64,000 bases of DNA from an uncultured Candidatus Saccharibacteria bacterium (GTDB lineage: Bacteria; Patescibacteriota; Minisyncoccia; CAIUEV01; JAHKAQ01). Shown piece by piece: positions 38,834 to 48,945 of the stretch (position 1 is its first letter; each line of letters begins with the position of its first letter). The position numbers and the translations under genes were made by a program. The stretch is from the NCBI GenBank assembly GCA_964598205.1, contig CAZRBB010000002.1:52459-116458 (forward strand), read 5' to 3'. The notes below the pieces were generated by a model that searched no databases, was not told where the DNA came from, and saw nothing but the letters and a program-made list of their open reading frames with translations.

Positions 38834-39268
38834 ATGTCCTCTTCTTTTGTTTGCCAAAATTGCCAAAAAACGGTTTCTCTAAAAGCTATTGGCACCGAAC
38901 ACCGCAACCATTGCCCTTTTTGTTTGTTTTCGGTTCATTTGGACCAAAAAAAACCTGGAGACCGACAAGCGGATTGCCGTGGTCTAATGGTGCCCGTGGC
39001 ACTTTCCTTTAAAAAGATTGCTCCCAAAAAATACAAAGCCCTAACCGTTAAAGACGGTGAACTGGCGTTGGTTCATCAGTGTCGGAAGTGCGGTTGGGTC
39101 ACTATTAACCGAATCGCCGGCGATGACGATGAACAAAGGATAATCGACTTACTTTCGGTCACCGAGGCGCAAAAAGAAGCGATCGGCGATTTTGTTTTTT
39201 TAAAAAAGGGACGGTTGGCCGAAATACCCGATTTATTGGCGGTTAGGAGGCAGTTGTGGGGCAAATAG
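38834..39268 (+). CDS. RNHCP domain-containing protein
   Basis: Contains the name-giving GTEHRNHCPFCLFSVH motif plus extra Cys pairs (CQNCQ, CRKCG). Noticeably more GC-rich than the flanking genes. Confidence 0.7.
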   Translation: MSSSFVCQNCQKTVSLKAIGTEHRNHCPFCLFSVHLDQKKPGDRQADCRGLMVPVALSFKKIAPKKYKALTVKDGELALVHQCRKCGWVTINRIAGDDDEQRIIDLLSVTEAQKEAIGDFVFLKKGRLAEIPDLLAVRRQLWGK

Positions 39269-39321
39269 TTTTTCCTTGCCGGGGACTTTCTTTTTTTGTT
39301 ATCATTGCACCAGCAGAATTA

Positions 39322-39396
39322 GGGCTCGTAGCTCAGCGGTAGAGCGCTTGGCTCATAACCAATTGGTCGCAGGTTCGATCCCTGCCGGGCCCACCA
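39322..39396 (+). tRNA. tRNA with CAT anticodon (Met, or Ile2 if lysidine-modified)
   Basis: Acceptor GGGCTCG/CGGGCCC with G1-C72 paired. Anticodon loop CTCATAA. T-arm GCAGG-TTCGATC-CCTGC. Encoded CCA. It lacks initiator hallmarks (no C1xA72 mismatch, only 2 G-C pairs at the base of the anticodon stem). Confidence 0.8.
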
Positions 39397-39403
39397 TGAA
39401 TCT

Positions 39404-39781
39404 TTAAGCTTTGTTTTTAGCTAGAATTTTTTTTACCTTTTCGGCTATTTCCTGAGGTGTTGTTTCTAATTTTGTAATAAATCCCACCGCTCCTAGATTT
39501 TTTGCTCTGTCTCTAAATTCTTTTTTGTCTGTATTGGTAAGAACAAGTACGGGAATATTTTTTAGATCGTCTTCTCTTTTTAATTGCTCCAAAACATCTA
39601 GTCCGTTTTCTCCTCCTAGTAATATGTCTAAAAGAATGATTTCTGGCTTGTCTTCTCTGGCTACCCTAAAAACATCTTCTACGCTAGAAGCAATGGTTGT
39701 TGGTAAATTCTTTAATTCAAAAACTTTTTGAAAAAGAAACTGTTGTTCGGCATCGTCTTCTACAAGCAAGATCTTTGTCAT
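39404..39781 (-). CDS. stand-alone response regulator receiver domain (CheY-like)
   Basis: ILLVEDD, phospho-acceptor ILLDILL, T/K motifs. No output domain. 125 aa. Confidence 0.85.
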   Translation of the reverse strand: MTKILLVEDDAEQQFLFQKVFELKNLPTTIASSVEDVFRVAREDKPEIILLDILLGGENGLDVLEQLKREDDLKNIPVLVLTNTDKKEFRDRAKNLGAVGFITKLETTPQEIAEKVKKILAKNKA

Positions 39782-39797
39782 TTTTAATTTATAAAAA

Positions 39798-41540
39798 TTA
39801 GATCTTTATATCTGCTCTTTCTTTAATATATTCCGTAATATTAACTCTACCAAGAGGTTTGATTGGCAACTGCATAAAAAATTCCGAACCTTTTCCTAAT
39901 TCACTTTCCACCCACACTTTTCCACCATGACCTTCGGCAACTTCCTTAACAATAAAAAGTCCTAGGCCGGTTCCATCTGTGTACATTTTGACGGCGTTTT
40001 CGGCGCGAGAAAATTTTTGAAAAAGATTAGGAATGGCTTCTTTGGGAATGCCAATACCGTTGTCTTTAATTGAAAAAATGATATTGCTACCGCTTTTCTT
40101 GCTACTAACTCTTATAGTCCCCTTTTGGTTTTTCTTGCCTTGATTATCTAAATTCGATTCTAAAGAAGGAGTATATTTAACGGCATTGGTTATTAAATTA
40201 GTAAATGCCTCTTCTAGATACCGCTTTTGCCCATAAATTTCGGGAACTTCTGGATCTAGGAGGGCAATTGTAAGATCAATCTTCATTCTCATTGTTTCTG
40301 GTTTAAACCCTTCTATTATTTTTTCTAAAAATTCTTTAACTTCTATTTTTTCTGCCTCCCGATAAACAACGCTAAATTTTTTATTAATCAACGAAGTGGC
40401 GTTGAGAATGTCGTTGATTATATCTTCTAATTTTTGGCACTTGATTTTAGCTCCATCAAAGAACCGATTCCTGGTTACCTCGTCGAAAGAATCCATTGTG
40501 CCATCTTCTAACATGGAGATTACTCCCTTAATTACCGTTACTGGAGTCCTTAGCTGATGGGAGGCAATGCTTAAGAATTCGTTTTTTACCTGATCAAGAC
40601 GCTTAAGTTCAGTATTCGCAACTTCTAATTCTTTTTTTTGCTTTAATTCTTTCTTAACTGATCTGACCAGCCACCAACCAAAGAGGATAACGATAAAGAG
40701 GGTGATGCCGGTGAGGACTTTATTGATGTCAGTTTTAATAAAGGCGAATTGAGAGGCGATGATTGCAATTAGAGATAGCACTAAAGCCTGAGCTCCTAAA
40801 AGCCGAATACTGAAAGCTTCAAATTTAACAATCAAATACGCTAAAACACCAATGAAAAAAGTCATTCCGAAAAGACCGTAGGCCAACAATTTGAAACTTT
40901 CCAATAAACTCGAGAGATAACCTGTAAGAAAAAATAAAAATAAAAAAGATTCAATTCCCAAAAAGAGAATCAGAATCTGTTTTTTTGATTCTTTGTCAGC
41001 TTTTTTGTATCTAAAAATGAACAAAATAAAAATCCACAAAAAAATCAATAAATCAATAATATAATAATAGTTTGTAAAAAATAATCCCTCTCTGGCTTCG
41101 CAATTGATAACATCAAAACTAACTAGGTTTATTCTTGTTGGAGTTAATATAATAATAGGCAAAATTAAGGCTCCTAGAACAATTTTTCCCCAAAATGGCA
41201 AATCACGCTTATCGATAAACACATACACAAAATACAGACACAGCACAAAAATTAAAGAATCTAGGATTCCTAATAATCCCCAAGAAAACATTATGTAAGT
41301 ACTATTAGAACTAATCCAGGTCACCAAATCTCCCATGGACCACAAAAAAAATACAACACCAATCCCTAATAATATTCTATTCAATAAAGCCTTGCGATCA
41401 TTTAAAAACACAAAGAGACCAAGAAGTAATGCGGTGATCGCTGTTGGAATATGAGAATAATAAACAAGTCTTAGATATTCTTGATTTTGTTGTATAAATG
41501 AGTGGCAACTTTCCAAATTTGATACAAGATTAAATTCCAT
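39798..41540 (-). CDS. sensor histidine kinase with N-terminal multi-TM sensor domain
   Basis: About 8 TM helices at the N-terminus. HisKA H-box SIASHQLRTP. HATPase_c with N, G1 (IKDNGIGIP) and G2 (GTGLGLFIVK) boxes. 580 aa. Confidence 0.85.
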   Translation of the reverse strand: MEFNLVSNLESCHSFIQQNQEYLRLVYYSHIPTAITALLLGLFVFLNDRKALLNRILLGIGVVFFLWSMGDLVTWISSNSTYIMFSWGLLGILDSLIFVLCLYFVYVFIDKRDLPFWGKIVLGALILPIIILTPTRINLVSFDVINCEAREGLFFTNYYYIIDLLIFLWIFILFIFRYKKADKESKKQILILFLGIESFLFLFFLTGYLSSLLESFKLLAYGLFGMTFFIGVLAYLIVKFEAFSIRLLGAQALVLSLIAIIASQFAFIKTDINKVLTGITLFIVILFGWWLVRSVKKELKQKKELEVANTELKRLDQVKNEFLSIASHQLRTPVTVIKGVISMLEDGTMDSFDEVTRNRFFDGAKIKCQKLEDIINDILNATSLINKKFSVVYREAEKIEVKEFLEKIIEGFKPETMRMKIDLTIALLDPEVPEIYGQKRYLEEAFTNLITNAVKYTPSLESNLDNQGKKNQKGTIRVSSKKSGSNIIFSIKDNGIGIPKEAIPNLFQKFSRAENAVKMYTDGTGLGLFIVKEVAEGHGGKVWVESELGKGSEFFMQLPIKPLGRVNITEYIKERADIKI

Positions 41541-41560
41541 TTTTTATTTTATTTTTTACT

Positions 41561-42349
41561 TTATTCAATCAATGATATTTTTTCGGAGTAATAAAAATAA
41601 TAATCTTTGTCCTGATCTTTCATTGGCATTATTTTAACAATAAGAGGTCGTACGCCTAAAATATTTTCTACCTGCTTAAAATTAGGCAAAACAATGTTTT
41701 TTGTAAAATCTCCCTCATCTTTATTGTCTGAATAGTTTTCAAATAAAATTCCAAAACAAGTAAGAACAGCAAACAATTTGGAGTAGAAGCGATTGGGGGT
41801 TTTGCCGTTTCTTTCAACCCAATCCGAAGCATCAATGAATGCTACCTCCTTATTGTAACCATTTGCAGTAAATAAGCCATGATGGAAATCAACTAAACTT
41901 TTTCCGCTGACTGTCTTAATTTCCTTAATCACTTTTCTTTCAGACTCATTAAAATCTATAATCCTGTTCACAATAATTTTTTCGCCCATTTTTTTCCCAA
42001 CTCCACAATAAATACAGATCTTGCCTAAATGGTATTTATATTGATTTTCAGAAGCAAACTTATCATCTAGATACTCTAAGCATGCTGGTTTTAAATTTGT
42101 TTTCTCTGCTAACTTTAAGAAACGCAAAAACTCAAAGTTGGGAGTGGCAACCTGTCTCGCCAAGAAAGCTCTTGGCTCGCCCTTTAGAAATTCAGGAACA
42201 TCTCCTTCTAGGAAATCTTCTACTTTCTTTTTCAGGGCTTTATTGTTCCATCTTTTCCAAATTTCCTTTTTAGCCAAAGACAAGGGAGTGTAAATACTGA
42301 GATCTCTTTTGGTAGGCCCGTTTCCTGTTTTAATTTCCTTATTATCCAT
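41561..42349 (-). CDS. hypothetical protein
   Basis: AT-rich, no recognisable motifs. 262 aa. Confidence 0.4.
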   Translation of the reverse strand: MDNKEIKTGNGPTKRDLSIYTPLSLAKKEIWKRWNNKALKKKVEDFLEGDVPEFLKGEPRAFLARQVATPNFEFLRFLKLAEKTNLKPACLEYLDDKFASENQYKYHLGKICIYCGVGKKMGEKIIVNRIIDFNESERKVIKEIKTVSGKSLVDFHHGLFTANGYNKEVAFIDASDWVERNGKTPNRFYSKLFAVLTCFGILFENYSDNKDEGDFTKNIVLPNFKQVENILGVRPLIVKIMPMKDQDKDYYFYYSEKISLIE

Positions 42350-42373
42350 GTGAATAAAACTTTTAATAAAAAA

Positions 42374-42892
42374 TTACTTCCAGTTAGAAAACTTTAAGAA
42401 AATCTCTACGCCCACAAAAGAAAGTAGAATCCAAAAAACATTGGAAAGAAGAAGACTCCCCCAAAATACTTGCCAATCACTTTTTTTAAATCCATTGTAA
42501 AGCCTATGACCCTTCCTTAAATAAACAGTGGTTACAAAGGCATCGAACTGTAGGGAAAGAAAAATAAACTCTGCCCAGCGGCCTTTTCTTAAAAACCAAG
42601 AAATAAACTTCCCTATTTTCGTATTAGCCTTATTTTCTATTTCGTTTTCTATTTCTTTTATAGCTTCGATCCCTAGCCAATCTCTTTTTATGCGGTCATA
42701 TACAATTAAGGTAAGAAAGCACATTAAGATAGCAAGAACGGTCATTATTATCCCACCGTAAATTAGGCCTGTTTTAAAAATAACAAAAGGATATAAAATG
42801 TAATCAAAGAGGTAATTTGCAAAAATAAAAAAAGCATAGCCGATCGACATTGCCTTAAAATCAAATTTTTGAACTTTTTCTAAAAAACTCAT
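42374..42892 (-). CDS. small membrane protein, unknown function
   Basis: 4 to 5 hydrophobic segments. 172 aa. Confidence 0.4.
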   Translation of the reverse strand: MSFLEKVQKFDFKAMSIGYAFFIFANYLFDYILYPFVIFKTGLIYGGIIMTVLAILMCFLTLIVYDRIKRDWLGIEAIKEIENEIENKANTKIGKFISWFLRKGRWAEFIFLSLQFDAFVTTVYLRKGHRLYNGFKKSDWQVFWGSLLLSNVFWILLSFVGVEIFLKFSNWK

Positions 42893-43185
42893 AAAGAGAA
42901 TTTATTCTGGAAGATAATCCCCACTTTTCCCGTCTGCCTTAAAGCATAAAAATAACTGTTGATTCCAGCATAAATGTTTGTTTTTGTCAATAATGTGATC
43001 TTCTTAGGTAACAAAAAAAACGCTAAGAAAGCGTTTTTAAAAAAATTAAATATCCACCTTCTAGCGTTTTTAGTATTTCTTCTAATTATTTTTTTTCTGA
43101 TCTTGGTGTCCATATTAGCCATTGCTCCTTTTCTGCGAATCCGCCCTTATAAAAAATAAACACCAGCACCGCACAATAAACTGCC

Positions 43186-43650
43186 TTAAGTGCTGGGATC
43201 TTGTAACCTCTCTATTGGTGGACCGTTTCTAATGTATTCTTCTGTATCATTGCAAGAGTCTCCGTTGGGAACATTATTTTCGTTACATAATTCATATTCG
43301 CAATCTGATTCATTTTCTTGGCAAATCAAAGCCAAGCAATTATTGTCATTGGGGTCGCAAAGAGGAATATTACTAGCTTTTCGGGTAATATTCTTAGTAA
43401 ACCAAGTATCTTTGAATGAATCTCCGGTACAAACACCACCATCCACTTCTGGGCTTGGATCGCAAATGTGCACAAAACATTTTTCTGTATAAGGATCGCA
43501 CTCTGTTTGCACAATAACAGGATAATCCTTTTTAATCATTGTCCTGTAATAAGTTCCCAGAACTGATCCAATAACAAGAAGTAAAAAAAGAAATAAGAAA
43601 GACTTTTCCAGGGAAAAAGAAATAGATTTAGACCAAAAACTGTTATTCAT
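43186..43650 (-). CDS. membrane-anchored extracytoplasmic Cys-rich protein (12 Cys, repeated CDP motifs)
   Basis: N-terminal signal anchor FLFLFLLLVIGSVLG, then ECDPYTEKCFVHICDPSPEVDGGVCTGD...LCDPNDNNCLALICQENESDCEYELC. Confidence 0.5.
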   Translation of the reverse strand: MNNSFWSKSISFSLEKSFLFLFLLLVIGSVLGTYYRTMIKKDYPVIVQTECDPYTEKCFVHICDPSPEVDGGVCTGDSFKDTWFTKNITRKASNIPLCDPNDNNCLALICQENESDCEYELCNENNVPNGDSCNDTEEYIRNGPPIERLQDPST

Positions 43651-43803
43651 CTTCTGATTTTTACACTCTTTTTATTATAACAAATAATCACTGTTTAAAG
43701 AAGCCTTTGCACAGTTAACAACCGGAAAAATTGTTATTTTTGAATATTCAATTCAACGGTTAATAGCCCTATTACTCCCCCATTGCAAAAGGTTTTTAAA
43801 TTA

Positions 43804-44355
43804 TCAATTGTTATGTATTGGATTTTCCCTGGTTTTATTAAAAAGAAAATGCATTCTTTCTTTGGGTTCTGCTAAAATTTCGTAGCAACCAAATATCACT
43901 GAAGCGTAAAACAAATCCCCGATCAGGGTGTTCTTAAAAAACGGGATAGCCATTGTATAGCAGTCTAGAAGACCTCCAAAATTAAAAGCATACCAATCAT
44001 TAAAGAGCCAGACGGAAAAATTAGTTGTAATGAAAAAAAGGAACGACCCAATCAAAGAATATCCCGCGATTGACATTATGGATTTATTTTTTCTTAAAAA
44101 TATTCCCATTATGCTTATAATAATAAAGCTAAGGTAAACAACGAGCATAAGTTTCCAATCGTAAAATCCAATAAAAATGTCACTTATAGCCATAATGGCG
44201 ATTGGCAAAATAATAAAGTAGCGACGAAAGAAAAAACCGGAGAATAAAGAGATGGCAGCCATTGGAGAAAAATTGGCCGGATGTGGAAAAAATCGATAAG
44301 AAATTCCCACTAAAATAAGCACCAGGATCGCAATTACTACTTCTTTTTTTGTCAT
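43804..44355 (-). CDS. small polytopic membrane protein, unknown function
   Basis: About 6 TM helices. 183 aa. Confidence 0.4.
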   Translation of the reverse strand: MTKKEVVIAILVLILVGISYRFFPHPANFSPMAAISLFSGFFFRRYFIILPIAIMAISDIFIGFYDWKLMLVVYLSFIIISIMGIFLRKNKSIMSIAGYSLIGSFLFFITTNFSVWLFNDWYAFNFGGLLDCYTMAIPFFKNTLIGDLFYASVIFGCYEILAEPKERMHFLFNKTRENPIHNN

Positions 44356-44375
44356 CTTTTTTCTTAATCAATTAA

Positions 44376-45374
44376 CTAGTGTTCAATAATTTTAATCTTC
44401 GCTCTTCCCGATAGTACTGTCAGTTTAATTTTTCCTCCGATTGGAAAAGTAATCATTGGTGTTGTATGTCCAAAGTCAACATCGGCGATAATAGGAATTT
44501 TATTTAGTTCTTTTTTATTTTTAATAATTTTAATAATTTTATTTTTATCCATTTTGGATTTTTTTTGGAATCTACCAATCACAATTCCTTTTATAAAATG
44601 AAAATCGGGGAGATGAAGAAGAGACTGAAGATTGCGATCAAAATCCAAAGAAAACATCTCCCCTGTCATATCGTTGTCTTCCAAGAATAATATCGCATTT
44701 TTAAAGCTTGGCATAAATTCAGTTCCCTGCAAAAGATTAAAGGTGCAAAGATTTCCGCCAATAATTATTCCTTCTGCCACGCCTTTATTAATAATGTTTA
44801 TCCCTTTATTTTTAATAAATTTTCTTTTATTTTGGTTCAGGTACCATGCATCGTCGCTCCATTTTTTAGATGGAATAATTTTGAATTGATTTTTGCTCAT
44901 TAAGCATTTTTTGAAATAATTTACCGTATAACTAAGTCCTCTTTTCATCGCAAAACTCGAAAAAGAAGGACCAGAATAATTAATTAGTCCTGTCTTTGCA
45001 TAAATAGCATTAGATAATGCAGTTATATCCGAATATCCACAAATAATTTTGGGATTTTTTTTGATTAGGTTGTAATCAAGATATCCCAATATTTGGTTAA
45101 CATTAAGACCCCCAATAACGGTTAAAATTGCTTTCACATTTGCATCGGCAAAAGACAGGTGTAAATCTTCTACTCGCGATCTTATAGAGGAAGAATTAAA
45201 TTCATCAATTTCTTCGACGTTTTTTGAAAAAGTCACCTTAAATCCAAGATCACTTAGCCTATTTAATGCAAGCTTTCTATTTTTCTTGGTGATAATTGAA
45301 AGACTATTAGAAAGTGCGACTACTCTTATTTCGTCGCCGGGCTTTATTTTCTGCGGAATCATACGCCTATCCAA
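44376..45374 (-). CDS. LD-carboxypeptidase (peptidase S66; LdcA/MccF family)
   Basis: The N-terminal GDEIRVVALSNSL region, nucleophile region IICGYSDITAL and C-terminal DFGHTTPMITFPIGG match the S66 Ser-His-Glu fold signature. 332 aa. Confidence 0.75.
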   Translation of the reverse strand: MDRRMIPQKIKPGDEIRVVALSNSLSIITKKNRKLALNRLSDLGFKVTFSKNVEEIDEFNSSSIRSRVEDLHLSFADANVKAILTVIGGLNVNQILGYLDYNLIKKNPKIICGYSDITALSNAIYAKTGLINYSGPSFSSFAMKRGLSYTVNYFKKCLMSKNQFKIIPSKKWSDDAWYLNQNKRKFIKNKGINIINKGVAEGIIIGGNLCTFNLLQGTEFMPSFKNAILFLEDNDMTGEMFSLDFDRNLQSLLHLPDFHFIKGIVIGRFQKKSKMDKNKIIKIIKNKKELNKIPIIADVDFGHTTPMITFPIGGKIKLTVLSGRAKIKIIEH

Positions 45375-45390
45375 AAATTAGCTTTCATAT

Positions 45391-47463
45391 TTACTTAAAC
45401 ACAATTTCATCAAAATTACATAATTCTTTTGACAGCAATTCGATATCCTTTAACAACGCCAGTCGGTTGTTTCTTATTTTAATGTCTTCGGTCATAACCA
45501 TAACATTGTCAAAAAAATCATTTATGGGATTAGCCAATTCATTGAGTGCCCTGATTATTCCATTATAATTATATTCCTTTGATTCTTTGGTAATGTCTTT
45601 TTTAGATTTTTCCGTTGCTTTGTAAAGACTTTTTTCCCAAGAATTTTCAAACAAACTAACATCAGCCATGCCATTATTAGTTTGTCTAGACAGAGAATAA
45701 ATCCTTGATAAGGCTACCGATAGTTTTTTGAATTCATTGCTTTCTGCGATTGAACTTAGGAAAATTACTTTTTTCTTTAAAGCCCAGAGATTATTTAGCT
45801 TAGTGTCCAAAACGGAATTAATTAAATCATATCTAAAACCATCTTCGCTAAAAATAACTTTTAATCTTTGCCAAAAAAATGATTCCAGGTCTGTTTTTAG
45901 GGGTTTTTTATTTGCAATATTTTTTCCATTAAACAAGTTAATAGATGTATCAAATAAATCATCCAGATTAATTCTTAGAGAATTTTTGATTATTATATTT
46001 ATAATTCCTATAGCTTGGCGCCTTAAACCGAATGGATCATGTGAACCCTTTGGTTTATTTCCCAAACCAAAAGATCCTACGATTGAATCAATCTTATCTG
46101 CAATACTAATAACGATTCCCAAGTCATCTGTGGGAAGCTCGTCGCCCGAATAGCGTGGCAGGTAATGACTGCGAATCGCTCTGGCCACATCAATATCTTC
46201 CTTGTTTTCTAGCGCATATATCTCACCCATAATGCCCTGCAATTCATTGAACTCATTAACCATGTTCGTCACTAAATCCGCCTTGCATAAATAAGCGGCC
46301 CTGTTTAATTTTTGTATGTTCTTGTTGGAAAAATTCAATTCTTTTCCTATCTTAAGAGATAGGCTTTGCACTCTTTTAACTTTGTCCAATACCGTTCCCA
46401 ACTTTGCTTGATAAACTATATTTTTTAACTTGCTAACTCTATCCTCCAGTTTTACTTTTAAGTCTTCGTTATAAAAAAACTGCACATCCTTTAACCTGGC
46501 TCTTAAAACCTTTTCATTTCCTTTTCTTACTATCTGTAATGAATGCTTGTCTCCGTTTCTAACCCCAATAAAATACGGTTGAATTTTATTATCTCTAAAA
46601 ACAGAAAAGTATCTCTGATGATCCTTCATGGGGGTAATGATTGTGTGCTTTGGTAGTGTTAAAAACTCTTTATCAAAAGATCCGTAAAATACTGTTGGAT
46701 ATTCCAATAAATACACAACTTCGTTTAACAAATCATTATCTATAACAATATCAACTTTAAGTGTTTTTTCTAATTTATTTATTTGTTTTAAAATGGTCTG
46801 CCTTCTCTCCTTCTGGTCGACTATGACTTTTTCTTTTTTTAATACATCCTTGTATTCTTCGGCATTTTTAAGCAGAACTTTGTAATCCGAAAGAGTGCTG
46901 TGCCCTTTCGTAAAATTGGAAGTTATTACTTCTTCTATGGAAAAATTTATTATTTCGTTGTTAAACAGAGCAACCAACCATCTGATTGGCCTGGCAAATT
47001 TAATGTCATAATTTCCCCATCTCATGGATTTGGGAAATGTCATTGAAAGAATTATTTCCGGTAATATTTTTTTTAACACCTCACAAGTCCTTGCTCCTTT
47101 TGTGAATTTTTTAACAAAAACATACTCGTTGTCACCGATCGCCTCTATGGATACATCTTCTGGCTTACAATTAATTCTTTTTAGGAAATTTATCAGTATC
47201 TTGGTGGGCTTATTTTTTTTATCGTAAGCAATATTTTTTATTGGACCCTTTATCTTTTCTTCTAAATCTTTTTGTTTATCCGAAATATTAGATACAAGCA
47301 ACGCCATTCTCCTTGGTGTTCCAAGGCATTCTATTTTTTTAAAATCAATCCTACTTTCTGTCAGTCTTTGTTCGGCGCTAATTTTTAATCGGGAAAGCGC
47401 ACCCTCCATGAAATTGGCTGGAATTTCCTCCACTCCTATTTCTAATAACAATTTATTTGCCAT
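45391..47463 (-). CDS. glyS: glycine--tRNA ligase beta subunit
   Basis: 690 aa, immediately downstream of glyQ. N-terminal MANKLLLEIGVEEIP and typical tetrameric GlyRS beta organisation. Confidence 0.8.
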   Translation of the reverse strand: MANKLLLEIGVEEIPANFMEGALSRLKISAEQRLTESRIDFKKIECLGTPRRMALLVSNISDKQKDLEEKIKGPIKNIAYDKKNKPTKILINFLKRINCKPEDVSIEAIGDNEYVFVKKFTKGARTCEVLKKILPEIILSMTFPKSMRWGNYDIKFARPIRWLVALFNNEIINFSIEEVITSNFTKGHSTLSDYKVLLKNAEEYKDVLKKEKVIVDQKERRQTILKQINKLEKTLKVDIVIDNDLLNEVVYLLEYPTVFYGSFDKEFLTLPKHTIITPMKDHQRYFSVFRDNKIQPYFIGVRNGDKHSLQIVRKGNEKVLRARLKDVQFFYNEDLKVKLEDRVSKLKNIVYQAKLGTVLDKVKRVQSLSLKIGKELNFSNKNIQKLNRAAYLCKADLVTNMVNEFNELQGIMGEIYALENKEDIDVARAIRSHYLPRYSGDELPTDDLGIVISIADKIDSIVGSFGLGNKPKGSHDPFGLRRQAIGIINIIIKNSLRINLDDLFDTSINLFNGKNIANKKPLKTDLESFFWQRLKVIFSEDGFRYDLINSVLDTKLNNLWALKKKVIFLSSIAESNEFKKLSVALSRIYSLSRQTNNGMADVSLFENSWEKSLYKATEKSKKDITKESKEYNYNGIIRALNELANPINDFFDNVMVMTEDIKIRNNRLALLKDIELLSKELCNFDEIVFK

Positions 47464-47475
47464 TTTATCAATTTC

Positions 47476-48357
47476 TTATTTTTTTATTCCTTGATCAACA
47501 AGGGTCTTATCCTTCCCCTGAAGCAGGTATGCCTTAGCGACCAATTTAGTTAAGCTCCTAACTCTATCAATAAACCTGGCCCTTTCCGTAACGCTAATAG
47601 CACCCCTTGAATTCAATACATTGAACACATGAGAGCACTTCAGAACATAGTCATATGCTGGTAGAACAAGACCGGTTTTAATTATTGCATCGGCTTCCTT
47701 TTCGTATATATCAAATAAATTAAAAAGCATTTCCGTATTGGCTAAATCAAAACCGTATTTTGAATTTTCATATTCAGCCTTATGAAATATATCTCCATAC
47801 GAAACATTTTTACTCCACATAATATCGTATACATTATCCTTCTCCTGAATAAACATGGCCATTCTTTCAAGTCCATAGGTTATTTCCGCCGTAACGGGCT
47901 TACAATCAAAACCGCCCATCTGTTGAAAGTAGGTAAATTGAGTAATTTCCATGCCATCAAGCCAGACCTCCCATCCCAATCCACATGCTCCCAGCGTAGG
48001 CGATTCCCAATTATCTTCAACAAATCGTATGTCATGATCCTTGGCCATAATGCCCAACTTTTTTAAACTTTCAAGATAAAGTTTTTGTACATTATTGGGG
48101 GATGGCTTTAGCATTACTTGAAACTGATGATGTTGAAAGAGTCTGTTGGGATTATCGCCATATCTCCCATCCGTTGGTCTTCTTGACGGTTCCACATAAG
48201 CAACATTCCATGGATCCGGGCCTAGTGATTTTAAGAAAGTTAGAGGATTCATAGTGCCGGCACCCTTTTCAATATCATACGGATTCCCAATTACGCAACC
48301 ATAATCTCCCCAATAATTTTGAAGTTTGAGAATTATATCCTGTAAGCTTAGCTTCAT
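47476..48357 (-). CDS. glyQ: glycine--tRNA ligase alpha subunit
   Basis: [64 protein letters not shown] and [19 protein letters not shown] are highly conserved GlyQ blocks. Confidence 0.9.
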   Translation of the reverse strand: MKLSLQDIILKLQNYWGDYGCVIGNPYDIEKGAGTMNPLTFLKSLGPDPWNVAYVEPSRRPTDGRYGDNPNRLFQHHQFQVMLKPSPNNVQKLYLESLKKLGIMAKDHDIRFVEDNWESPTLGACGLGWEVWLDGMEITQFTYFQQMGGFDCKPVTAEITYGLERMAMFIQEKDNVYDIMWSKNVSYGDIFHKAEYENSKYGFDLANTEMLFNLFDIYEKEADAIIKTGLVLPAYDYVLKCSHVFNVLNSRGAISVTERARFIDRVRSLTKLVAKAYLLQGKDKTLVDQGIKK

Positions 48358-48375
48358 ATTTTTCTTATAATCTGT

Positions 48376-48945
48376 TTAAATTTTAAAATCATTCGCCAAA
48401 AAACTATACAAGACCTGATCGACGTATTTTTTATTTATAAATTCCGCTTCTCTTAATAATCCTTCTTTTTTAAATCCTAGTCTTTCCGATATTTTCCTGC
48501 TTTTTAGATTATGCTTTGCACATCTAATTTCTATTCTATGCAAACCCAATTCGGTAAAAGCATGCCGCATAAGCGTTTTGACGCAAGCAGAAACAATTCC
48601 TTGCCCTTGTTGATCCTCTCCCAGCCAATACCCAATACTTGTTGATTTGTTTAACCAATCAAAATAATGGAAGCCTATAGCCCCAACCAATTCACCGTCA
48701 AAAAATATGCCACATTGCATTCTTGATTTATCTCTAAAGGCCCTAAGAGACTCTTCAATGAATGCCTTAGTTTGAGCCGTTTTACGATTATTAGCCACCC
48801 ATGGCAACCATTTACCCAAATACTCTCTGTTTTTGTCAATTAATCTAAATAGCTTATCTTCATCATTTGGATCCAATAATCGTAAGGAAATTTTATCGCT
48901 TATTTTACAACTAAACATGCCACTATTCTTTTCCGCTAAAATCAT
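48376..48945 (-). CDS. GNAT N-acetyltransferase, RimJ/RimL-like
   Basis: Acetyl-CoA binding motif QGQGIVSACVKTLMRHAF and RIEIRCAKHNLKSRKISERLGFKKEG, typical of the RimJ/RimL/YdaF subgroup. 189 aa. Confidence 0.7.
   Translation of the reverse strand: MILAEKNSGMFSCKISDKISLRLLDPNDEDKLFRLIDKNREYLGKWLPWVANNRKTAQTKAFIEESLRAFRDKSRMQCGIFFDGELVGAIGFHYFDWLNKSTSIGYWLGEDQQGQGIVSACVKTLMRHAFTELGLHRIEIRCAKHNLKSRKISERLGFKKEGLLREAEFINKKYVDQVLYSFLANDFKI

Noticed and set aside
39322-39396. Calling the CAT-anticodon tRNA an initiator tRNA-fMet
   Set aside because: G1-C72 is paired and the anticodon stem lacks three consecutive G-C pairs. Elongator Met or tRNA-Ile2 is more likely, and I cannot distinguish these from sequence alone.
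42889-43159. Small ORFs 42889..43122 (minus) and 42974..43159 (plus)
   Set aside because: Low-complexity, AT-rich and mutually overlapping in an intergenic stretch, with no RBS or motif support.
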